A stretch of 64,000 nucleotides of DNA from Antedon mediterranea (Eukaryota; Animalia; Echinodermata). The position numbers were made by a program, and so were the translations under genes. Location of the stretch: positions 1,426,001 through 1,490,000 of the forward strand of contig NC_092674.1 of the NCBI RefSeq assembly GCF_964355755.1, written 5' to 3'. The notes below the pieces were generated by a model. It did not search any database. It was not told where the DNA came from and was given only the letters and a program-made list of their open reading frames with translations. Shown here one piece after another: positions 36,601 to 47,705 of the stretch (position 1 is its first letter; the number at the start of each line of letters is the position of its first letter).

Positions 36601-38810
36601 ACAAAAAAGAAATACCGAAACTAACGTGCTTGACAGTTTAACTGTCCTGCTCGGCAACTTTTTCAGAATAAATGACAAATAAGTCATTAAACAGATTGAT
36701 GTATAGAGGGCCAATTCTGTCTAATTCTAATGAACATGGTTAGTTATTTATTTTATTTTACATATTTAACAATAGTTGTAGTGTAGTACTGTGTTTCTTA
36801 CCATAATTTATGTTTTTGTCAAAATAGCTTTCTGAAAAATGTTCAGGCCAGGAGGATTTCTTTCAATCAACATTAGAAGGAATGAAGAAAGAAGTCACAT
36901 CACTTACAACTAACCTCCATGAAAGAGATAAGACTGTCGCTTACTTAAAGAATAAGATATCTTTATTACAAAATCAAATTACTGATAATAATTCCAAATC
37001 GGAAGATGGTGTTAGTGAATTACAGGTGAGATGTAAATAAAACAAAGTTGCTTATCTATATATTATAAAAGACCCATCAAATTAAAGAGACCGACTGCCT
37101 AAGTTTAAAGATAACTTAACTAAAAGTTCTCATGTATTTATAATGAAATTCCCTGTACAAAACAAATTTCTGTTTGGCAACACACAGAAGGAGAACAGCC
37201 TTTTAAGACAGCACCTAAACACACTACGTCACCAAGTGGAATCAGGAGAACGCAATCTGCAAGAAAGGCTTAGCAGCCAAAAAAGAGAATCTGACTTAGT
37301 CATCGCTGACATGAAGGAAGAAGAAGAAAGGTATGTTGTTATTATTATTTAATAATTATTGAAGCTCTGTTTACACTATCATTTGTGCCCAACTATGGTA
37401 GTGATACAGTTCTTCTTTCATATAATCAGTTAATATATTCAAAAATATATTATTTAGTTACTTTTTACTTTTTTTTCATAATCTTGTGCTGAATATTATG
37501 AATTGGACACAATCTTCATAACCTCTGTTTTTCATTGTTTTTCTCTCATTGTCCTTATTAGGAAGATTGAAGCTTTAAATCTTGAACATCATATAGAAAT
37601 CCAGGAATTAAAAAATAGGCTGAGCGAGACTGTCAACCAATACGAAGGAGAGTTACATAATGTCAAAGGTCAATCAGGGCATTCTATTCATTTACAACGT
37701 ATGTAAAGCTCTATGTACACTATCAAACTAGTTTGACAAAAAAAGTGTGATGTGCCCAAATATGGTAGTGATATGCTTAAATATAGCACATCACATTGTT
37801 TTGTCTCATAAGGTTTGATAGTCTAGTCAAGGCTTAATACATTTTAGGCACATGTTATTGTGTATTCTGGCGTTAAAAGAGAATTGAATTGAACTTATCA
37901 CCCTGGTAATGGTAGGCAGGGCACTTACTTATTCCACCACTACATTGTTTTTACAGGCCCAGTTTCTGGAACAGTAACTGCATCAAGTTCTTACGTCCGG
38001 TCGCCAAGTCGCAACAAATTCTTCCAGAATCCAAATATATCGCAGGAGTTACTCAGCTTTCCAGAACTTATTTCACAATCGGATTCTTTTCAATATGAGG
38101 TAAATATTATAATTTGTATGTATCACTAAGTATTATACTGTAATGAGTAAAATATTATACATTTTAGTTATCACTAAAGCTTGGTTCCCACTAGAACGTA
38201 ACGCAAGGACGTAAACGCAACGCAAGCGTTTTAACCAATGACAAGCGAAGTTATAGACAGTTAGCAATCACAAGGGAATAAGCCATCGCTTGTGATTGGT
38301 CAATTCACTTGCGTTGCGTTACGTCCTTGTGTTGCGACGCTAGTGGGAACCACGCTTAAGTATTATACTGTAATGAGTAAAATATTATACATTTTAGTTA
38401 TCACTAAGTATTATATTGTAGTATTTAATGTGAGTGTAGTATTTGAAACAAGCTTCCCAGCTTAAAGGGTTCCTCTGCTATACCATAATGTATAATTATT
38501 TAGTTTTTGTATGATTTTGTTAATTTCAAACTGTATTGTATTGTGTACATTATGGATAGCAATAAATATTACAAACAAACAAACAATAATAAAATGATAT
38601 AATAATAAAAATTGTGATAACTTTGGTTTTTTTTTTCAATGTTGTTAGCGTCCAAACTCAAGGGTTTCTGTAACAAGCAGTTTTGTTGCAGAAAACAAGA
38701 AACACACAAACGAATTGGAGAAGTTACTGAACCATCACATCACAGATCTTGAGAATAGAACAGATGAGACGATAGGTCGCTACATTCCAACATCCAAGTC
38801 CGATACTTAA
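33613..38810 (+). CDS. CEP63: CEP63/DEUP1-family centriolar coiled-coil protein; exons 33613-33647, 34007-34196, 34653-34748, 34904-35047, 35199-35312, 35581-35835, 35959-36104, 36225-36368, 36455-36572, 36828-37025, 37188-37330, 37562-37698, 37957-38099, 38649-38810
   Basis: [26 protein letters not shown] matches the CEP63/DEUP1 N-terminus; [15 protein letters not shown]; ELQSRDDLL; C-terminal [21 protein letters not shown]; exon phases are compatible. Confidence 0.9.
34252..34613. repeat. 132-bp direct duplication in CEP63 intron 2 (34252-34383 and 34482-34613)
   Basis: CCCCGGTCATTTTTGATCAAAC...TAGTTAATTAATT present twice, 230 bp apart, no differences seen. Confidence 0.92.
38178..38356. 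mobile_element. Family-B MITE inserted in a 48-bp intronic tandem repeat (38121-38420)
   Basis: TAA duplicated (38175-38177, 38357-38359); flanking units TATCACTAAGTATTATACTG show the empty site. Partial or diverged copies also near 7060-7155, 15925-16020, 25030-25092, 29237-29295, 39730-39760, 45333-45497. Confidence 0.92.
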
Positions 38811-39544
38811 CTTTGTTCAATCGTATTTTTTTTTGTATTATAAAATTAAACATATTTATATTGTATAAATAAATTGTTTTTGTGTATTATAGAAAAAAAA
38901 ATGTTTTTAAATATAATTAATGTAATTGTTTATTTTGTGTCTGTACTTATTACGTAACACTACTTTGTCTCCCACCCGCTTTCTTCCTTTTGCTCGATAG
39001 TTTCGTCATGATCATTAACAAATGAAACCTGCCAATTATTCAGTATAAATCTCTGCCTACATTTTATGTGACAAAAAAATGTGATGTGCCCATATATGGA
39101 CATGATGATGTCATATCAGTACCATATTTAAGCATATCAATACCATATTTATATTTTGTAAAAAGCAGAGCTATATAATTATCATTGAATGAGATCTCTG
39201 TTCAGAATATTATTAGCTGCTGAGCTACCTCTGACGCAAAACACCCCTGTAATAACGATATGCCGACCACACAATGCGTTATTACCTCGAATGTTTCATA
39301 GATCATATCACAATTAGTGAGTGTTAATTGTAGCAGGCGACAGTTTTATTGTGTTAATAACTTTTGTGTGATTATCTCGACAATGTGCTAATATTCATAA
39401 TTTTATTAGGGGCCTACACTTGATCTAGACAATACAACGTTTATTTCAAGAGGAAAAATTTATTGATCCAATGATAAGTAAATAATTGTAATTAGTACAA
39501 AAATTACTTACTAACTACGTTTAGCAAACGCTCTATTTGCGTAA

Positions 39545-39690
39545 AGCCCGTTTTCCATTACCGAATATATCGCGCGAATCGAATATTCTTGAGTTATGAT
39601 TGGTTGCGCATTTTTCCACGTCACAAAAACTGGATGACAATATTACGCATGCGATTCGCGCGAATAAATTCGCCTAGTGGAAAACCAGCT
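39545..39690. mobile_element. Family-C MITE-like inverted-repeat element
   Basis: AGCCCGTTTTCCATTA..CGAATATATCGCGCGAATCG mirrored by CGATTCGCGCGAATAAATTCG..TAGTGGAAAACCAGCT; TAA/TTA flanks. Confidence 0.7.
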
Positions 39691-40607
39691 TTATAAAGTA
39701 CACTAGTTACACAGCGAAGAACCTACGTCTTTGCGTTGCGTCCTAGTGGGAACCAAGCTTTATAATGTTCTCTGGAATACAGTCATCCTGTAACAAACGT
39801 ATATTTTTATCAAAATAATTCAGATTTACCGCAAAAACGTTATTTTTATCCGCATATTTTACACCAAATTTGGCCCTAACGTTTATTTGAATTTAGTTTT
39901 CCATTCAAAATCACATCCAACCGCGAGAAAAAACCGCAACTTAGATTGGAAATAGTCAAAATATTAACTAACTAAAGTTAAAATTGAAATCATACTGTAG
40001 AAAATACAAATAGTGTTATCTTTGTCGTCGTCACATTCTATAAGATAATACTCAACTTGGCAACGATTGATTATTGATTCTTATCGATTCTTGATAGATC
40101 AGTCCACATCCGTTGTATTAATTCTCAAAACATAATATTCCTTGGCTAAATTTCCGTTCATTCATTTTAATAATTTCCTCATAAAAATACAATCATTATT
40201 TATTTTAGACGATATTTCCTGGCTAAACGTTCTGCTTGTTATTGTCTTCAACCTATTACATACATTAGCAACGCGTTAGTCATAGCTAATTTGCATACAA
40301 GTACGCGCTCGCTTTAAGATTTGCATTTTCCCTGAGGATAAATATCTTAAAAACTTGATTTGATACTCAATTAAAGTGTGATCATTTAAAGAGATTACGT
40401 CATCGTCTTTGTTCTTCGCGAAGAGGAACTAATTATTGGTAAGACTAATTGTATCATTCTTACTAACATATAACGTATTTATACATCTTGGGAAAATCTT
40501 TGTTGTATTGTGTAGACCTAGGCCTACAGCAATTTGATATATTTATATCGATAACTCAAAAATAGTTCGAATTCAGATGGTTACAATTGAATTCAATGTC
40601 AACAAAA

Positions 40608-41280
40608 CTAGACAAAAATACACCCAAAAAAGAAAATTACTTTCAATAAATTCAACAAAAATGTCATCATTTAATTTCTCATTATTTCGGACTTCATCTA
40701 TAGAAAAATAGTAGGCATGCATTTTCCATTTATATTGATAAAAAGCTACCGTACCGAATTTGTATTTTTTTTTTTTCTCTTTTGTGGCGCAAACACCACT
40801 TTTATTCACATTCATATTATCTCATATTACATAAAATCGTATTATTTAACTTGTAAATGTCGTTACAGTTCATAAGTAACATTTTTACATATATGAATTC
40901 TGTATTACTCCTTTTTTCATTAATTTTCTTATATTTTGTTATACACTTGACAGGATCATCATTATCATCTCTCCCGTTTTAAAATAGTTCACACATTTTC
41001 ATTTGTTTGTTTTCATTTTACAACCCGGATTATACAATATATTTATATACATGATAAAAAAAACAATAATAGCTCAGTACCACCAGTAACCCGTATCACT
41101 GTAATTCTTTTTCAGTTAATCTAGACAAAAATACACCCAAAAAAGAAAATTACTTTCAATAAATTCAACAAAAATGTCATCATTTAATTTCTCATTATTT
41201 CGGACTTCATCTATAGAAAAATAGTAGGCATGCATTTTCCATTTATATTGATAAAAAGCTACCGTACCGAATTTGTATTT
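40608..41280. repeat. 160-bp direct duplication (40608-40767 and 41121-41280)
   Basis: CTAGACAAAAATACACCC...CCGTACCGAATTTGTATTT twice, 513 bp apart, no differences seen. Confidence 0.92.
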
Positions 41281-42559
41281 ACGCGTTATTTAATTTTGTC
41301 TTTTTTTATTTTATCAATATAAAAATTTAGTTTTCTGCAACTACTATTTTTGATAGAAAATCAATATTACGTTATCGCTTCCCGTTTGAAACTAAGTCGT
41401 GTTACACACCTTTTCTGGGATTTTACACATAAATTTGGTGGTTTCTTTATTTTAGTATCGTCGGTTTAGGCCTATGGTTTTGTGGAACATTATTAACCTC
41501 ATTAAGTGTGGTTGCCCATTTTTCTTCAGATGATGCAGAGAGTTGTTGCGCATTGGCCAATGTGTAATTTTGGGCTGCGCAAGCGTTGCTAGATAGTACG
41601 GATGCGCATGAGTAAGGGAAGCGGATGCGGCGACAATATTTGTTACCAATTTATAGAAACTTAGAGTATGGCTGCTTAATATATTTGTTATAAATAGTTT
41701 TAAAAACAGTTGAAATGCATTCGTTCCGTTAAAAAATAGAATGGAAGGTGGTTGTACTTTCCAAGAATTTATGTTGCTGATGAGCTAAATATACATACAA
41801 AATGTATGCAATATCTAATTCGATACGACGTATAAGTATCACTATTGGAATCAATTAATTATTATCTACTTTAGTTAACATCTTTCGCTGGAGGCAATGA
41901 CCTTACGATCTAGTTATCGACGCAAAAATGTTGTAAAACTTAATACAGTTTCTTTAAACTGTCATCTTTTGTCGCCGTCGTCGAAAATATTTGTCATCAT
42001 TCCTGTCATGTTTTAATGGCATTATTGTCACATCCGTCAAAACACAAACGTGTACATTATACAAGACTATCGTTAAAATGCGATGACGATAGAATATAGA
42101 TTTTCAGCCATAACAAGATTAGTTTACCCATCGATTTTAAAATGCGATGACGTTAGAAAAGTGTAAATCGTTGAATCATTGAATCATTGAACTTACCCAC
42201 TGCTCCTTACTGCGGCGGCGTGCGCGCGCGTCGGAACTTGCTCAACCAATCGGAATCGAACAGGAAGTGATCCAAGATGTATATTTATGTTGGCAACAAG
42301 ACGTCAAAGTATCACAACTTAATTGTACAATTCAGCTTGGAAGTGTTTCTAGTATTTTTTAAAATCAATAAATTGGTGTCTCAATTTTTAACGCTTATTA
42401 CAGAAAAAGAGAACGAATTGGTTGCATTTACTAAATATCAACTTCAGCAAGTTTGTTCCAAAATCTGTTGTTTATCTAAAAATTGGAAAAATTTGTAGAA
42501 ACTGTTAAAAGGACTGATTTCTCAAATATTATCTTCTGAACATTTGTCAGGACATTAAG

Positions 42560-44883
42560 ATGCTAAAGCTAAGCTTATTCGTATCAACTTTGCTATGTAC
42601 CTGTAATTTGATATCCAGCCAATTAGATGCTACAATTTTAAACGAGAATGGTAAGTTAAATAATATTGATACAAATGTTAGGTTGTTCAAAAATATTTAA
42701 TAACTGTTATAACATGGAACTATTTGTAGAGGCTTCTTTCGATACACATATATAATGATACTTACCTATATTTGTGACTATAGGCCTTAATCATACCAGT
42801 ATTGTATTGTTTAAATGTGTATATTATATTTTTGGAAATGGTCTGACGACAGTGTATTTTCTTGTATTTTCAATACAGTTTTTTCAACATTGTTAATTAT
42901 ATGGAACAATTGGCAATGTCAAGAAGAGTACGTTTTTCGTTTATGTTTGTCTGGAATATCAAGAAATATTATTTATCAAACATTTAGTTTCAATATATTA
43001 ATTTAGCCAATAAAAAGAAAAAGAAATTTTCTGTGGTTTTAAGTCCCAGTACAAAAAAAAAACAACAAGACGACAACATAATCAAAAATTCAAACATAAG
43101 GATTCTCCTTGTTTTTATGAGTTCCCTCTTAGTGTAAGATAGGTGTCATGTTTTTGTTGCTATAAATATCAATAAAATAATTCAATTATAATAATCATTA
43201 TTTACTATTTCTATATTTAAAAAAAAGCTAAAATCTAGCTATTTGTTTTTGGGAGATGTGTTTTTTATTTTCACCATTAATAATCCGTTGCTAGAATTAA
43301 ATCAAGAAGAGGATACTAATCCATGTTATCCTAAAAATCAAAATGGAATAGAGAAGAGAGCAACAATAAGCAGACTCAAACGGTGTCTTTGGCCAGGCGG
43401 ACGAATTCCCTTTGTACTCGATCCGCTATTTGGTGAGTTATAACAGTTGTTTTTTTTAAATAATAATACAACTATTATTATTTATTTCAATACAATTTTT
43501 GGCTGACGGTTATTATATTATTATGTACTTTATCAGATGATATGAAGAAAAATAATATACTGGAGGCAATGCGAAATTGGGAAAATCGCACATGTATACG
43601 ATTCGTCGACCGGGAACCAGAAGACCGGGATTTTGTCAGCTTCAAAGAAACAAAAGCTTCGTAAGTTACAATACGTTATAGCAATTACTGTAATTATTAC
43701 GTACGCGCGCGCATTTCAAAAGTAAACGCCTTTGTACGCCGCTCGCAAGTTCATATGTTTGATAGTTAATAACGATGTTGAACACGCCCTGATTCATAAG
43801 TCTTTTAAATTGAGCATATTTACCACCAATATTTTCTTTTCTTTTAAGAATACTGAATTCATATTTTTGTATCTAGGTGTCAGACAAAAACCGGTCGCGT
43901 TGGAAACAAACAATTTACAAAATTAGGTGCATGCGCTAGAAGAGTTGGAAATATTATACATGAACTAGGACATGTTATAGGATTCTACCATGAACAGGTA
44001 AACTGTCGCTTATTTACTTTTGTAATAAGGCCCCATAAATATAACTTTTGGCCGATCATAAGCATAATTGCTATTAATATTTTTTATTTTAGAATCGGCC
44101 CGATAGAGATAAATACATAAAGGTATTTGATGATCATATTGAACCAAAATTTAAGGACAATTTTGACAAATTTCCGAAATCTGAAACACGGACGATTGGT
44201 TATGCGTACGACTATGAGAGTATTATGCACTATGGCACCCTTGCATTTTCCAATGGTGAGGGGCCTAGCTTCAAAATTAGGAAGATTGGAACTGATTTCA
44301 AATCTATTGTTGGGCAGCGTAGCAAAATAAGCGATTTAGACGTAGCACAAGCTAGAGACATGTACTCGTGTAATAAGCTACCAGTGAACAGTAAGTATAT
44401 ACTTAATCAACTATTTTATCAATTGGTCTATTGGTCCGTTTCAGGCCTAAGATATTTACCCGAGTAAATTGGTTCCATATGTGCATACTAACTTACCCAG
44501 GTAAATAGACTTAGCCAATATTTCGGACTGTACGTCAAACTCCATAAAAACAATGACTAAAAATGAATATTCTTCTTTTTGTTATCCCAATTTTAATTTA
44601 GGTTTTTATTTATTTTTTTATATTTTCAGGTGATTGTGTGAAGAATAACGGCACAGAGTATCGTGGCACCCTTGATTATACCGTAAGTGGTGTAACCTGC
44701 CAGAGATGGAGCGCAAACTGGCCTCATCGTCACACTTTTTATACAGAATCGAATATAGAGAATAAGGGACTGGGAGATCACAACTTTTGCAGGAACCCTA
44801 ATAATAGAGCAAGACCGTGGTGTTTTACAACGAAAAAGAGACGTAGATGGCAGTATTGTGATTTGGTTCCATGTCAGAGTTAG
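42560..44883 (+). CDS. Secreted astacin (M12A) zinc metalloprotease with C-terminal kringle domain, 341 aa; exons 42560-42650, 43295-43432, 43537-43660, 43877-43997, 44093-44390, 44630-44883
   Basis: Signal-peptide-like MLKLSLFVSTLLCTCNLISS; KR|A maturation site; WPGGRIPF; AMRNWENRTCIRF; HELGHVIGFYHEQNRPDRD; Met-turn YDYESIMHY; GQR; kringle C-x5-EYRG...SGVTCQRW...PHRH...NFCRNP...PWCFT...WQYCDLVPC*; spliced length 1026 nt. Confidence 0.93.
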
Positions 44884-47159
44884 ACTCCTGCCTGCCATTC
44901 GTGGAAGCAATTGCTCCATTACTATACGTCAGTTTCTGGTTGCAACGAACGCGCGGTTTTCAAGCTGTTATAACGCGTTATCAAGAGTATGATGTTTAAT
45001 TGTTGCATTATGCGCTGGGCGCAAACTTGTAACAAACGATTATTAATGTGAACGCACTCTGAACGCAAACTCTGAAAACGCACATGAATCTAAAGTAAGC
45101 TTGTATATGTTATTGTTTCTTTGCTAAAGTGAATGCGAGTTTTAACTTTCTTTGCCATGTAAACCCGTAAAATAAAGCATAAAGCAATGGTTTATGCGCT
45201 CAAGATAAGAAGATGAGTTGATTAGCGAGAAAATATAAAGAGAAAATTGTTGCCTCAGCTAAAATTAAAAACAAAATAAGCAGTATCAATCGCAATGGTC
45301 ATATACATCAATCGCAATGGTCCTATACATGAAGCTTGGTTTTGGTTGTCACTAGAAACGGAGCGCAAGGACGTTCACGCAACGCAAGCGAGTTGACCGA
45401 TGACAATCCACCGTTCGAATAATCCATCGCTTGTGATTGGTCAAATCACTTACATTGCGTTAGGTCCTTGCGTTGCGTCCCTTGTGGGAATCAAGCTTTA
45501 AGGATCACATAGGCCTACGACGGTAGCGAAACTTAATCTGTCTTTTGTTGGTGGTATATCTGTAAATTGTAAGACTACTTAGTGTTTGAATTAATTTAAA
45601 CGATGTATATAGTAAGTTATTATCATTTATTTTAAAAAACTGTATGTTTTCAAGATAAACTAATTGTTATTTTAAAAGTTGTTAGTTATTTGTTAAATCA
45701 AAATCTCACATCAACCGAATCATCAACAGCGCCCCCTATACTATACAAACTGTATTTTCACCGGATTATTGTACCGTTTAATTTGGCGATTAATTCCAAT
45801 TTCGAAGCAGAGATTTAAACAAAATCCTGATTAACCTCCCTGATTTGAGTAGGCCCTTGGTACGTTCTTTTAAAACAGTCGTATTTTCACCGGGCTGAAT
45901 TCAGTTGAAAGAGTAAGGTTGTCTGAAAGTGGTTTCTATTCTTCTTAACGCTTTTTTTTTTGTAAACTTGGAACTTTTCATTCATAATTTCTCAAACACT
46001 TTTTAGAAAGAAAAAAATACACATTTAGTATACAATTTGGTATCAAGTTTATTCGTAACAAATGTACATAACTTTGACAAATGGTTGTCTCATTTCGAAA
46101 AAGCGGGAGACACAACTCCTCACTGCCGTCATGCTAGATCTGATATAGAAATTCTCTAAATAACAAAAAAAAATATATATTTGCATAATTATATTTGGAT
46201 AATAATACAATTTATATTGCACGTAATCAAACTTCATAGAATATCATAAACGTTCAATTTCCAAGACTATCAGATACTTTCAGGCATTCCAACAAATAAT
46301 GTTATAAAAAATGACACCAAAAAGTAAAAAAGCATTTATATTAGAAACCCACTATACTGAATAATAGTAACATTTCACAGTAATAGGTTGAAGAGAGTGA
46401 CGAATACGACTAAGAAGTCTCGCGTGCGCGTACAAACATTGTTAACAGTGTGTTTTGTACGCGCGCGTCAACTTTCCGTTCGTGTCACTGATATCTACAT
46501 AAACTTTTTTTTTAACATTTAGGGCTAAAGCCATTTTTAACGGATACACATCTTAATTAGTAAATAAATACAAAATACAGATTTTGTTTTTAAAGAAGGC
46601 CACAGAGTTTACATCAAGATTATAATCGTAAATTAATGTTGTAGAGTTGTTGTAACCCTACTCCGTTGTGCGTGTCCACACGCTGTTAATAATTCCCCAA
46701 CAATAATAGAATAATATCGTACGATATAAGAGTGACTCAGTGTGACGTCACATACAATATCAGACGAGATTTTTTAAACGTGGGTACTCATGGATAACAT
46801 GTCATACAGTAGATATAACTTGGAAGGCTACATTTCAATGCACTATGATAGGCCTATAATAAAGTTAGTTTGCGTTTACATCGTTTATTAATAACTTAAA
46901 TTAGTACAAAATGTCCAACTCCCTGGGACAAGCACCGCTATAAATGATTGTATTGTTTTTTTCCATTACAGCAAAGACATGAAATGACTATATAAAACAG
47001 CACAGTAGTAGAAAAGTTTTATGCTGACTGCACTGGTACAATAATGTTCATATATAACGATCATTTCACTGGGTTAAACTAAACCGCTTTTTACAAACCA
47101 TGGAGGTAGGAATTATTCGTTTTCTCTAGCATCCGTTCACACACACATCTTGGTATTTC

Positions 47160-47705
47160 TTATACAGTAAATGTTCTTGGTTTGATGCATTTTTGATCGT
47201 CACCCAATTCCTGTTGATACTGACTGGTCAGCTGCTTGGACAAGTCCGTCATTTGCTGTAATGAGTTGTATAGACCAGTAAGATGTTGTTTAAATGCAGA
47301 GGCGCATTGGTCGTAGACGGCATCATTATTGCCGTTCGATTCGTCTTCGGATGTTCCTCGTACAAGTTCGGTTTTTACGGCCTTCAACATGGAATAGTAG
47401 GAATGCAGTGTTATATTCTGTTGTACAGATTGGATAGCTGGTTTTGAGATGGACTCATCGTCTGATGAAACTTCTGAATCTGTCGTCGAAGAAGACATTG
47501 ATACGACCGTTGATGAGGATGACGATCGTACGATTGCCGATTCCGTCGGAGCATCAGCTTTCATGTCCTGTAAACGACTCGGAATTAATACGGTTTCGTC
47601 CATGTCATTTACGGCTTCGATGAAATCCTTCATGACACCAAGTAATGAGGTCGTCTGAGCCACCTCATTGTCGCTAAGCTTTAGGTCCATAGTACCAGTA
47701 GTCAT
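47160..47705 (-). CDS. MID1IP1: Spot14 family protein (MID1IP1/THRSP pro-orthologue), single exon
   Basis: SLLGVMKDFIEAVNDMDETVLIPSRLQDM, LHSYYSMLKAVKTEL and FKQHLTGLYNSLQQMTDLSKQLTSQYQQE match the three conserved Spot14/MIG12 blocks. Confidence 0.92.
   Translation of the reverse strand: MTTGTMDLKLSDNEVAQTTSLLGVMKDFIEAVNDMDETVLIPSRLQDMKADAPTESAIVRSSSSSTVVSMSSSTTDSEVSSDDESISKPAIQSVQQNITLHSYYSMLKAVKTELVRGTSEDESNGNNDAVYDQCASAFKQHLTGLYNSLQQMTDLSKQLTSQYQQELGDDQKCIKPRTFTV

Noticed and set aside
40608-41280. TRIM/LTR retroelement interpretation of the 160-bp direct repeats
   Set aside because: No TG...CA termini, primer-binding site, polypurine tract or short TSD seen.
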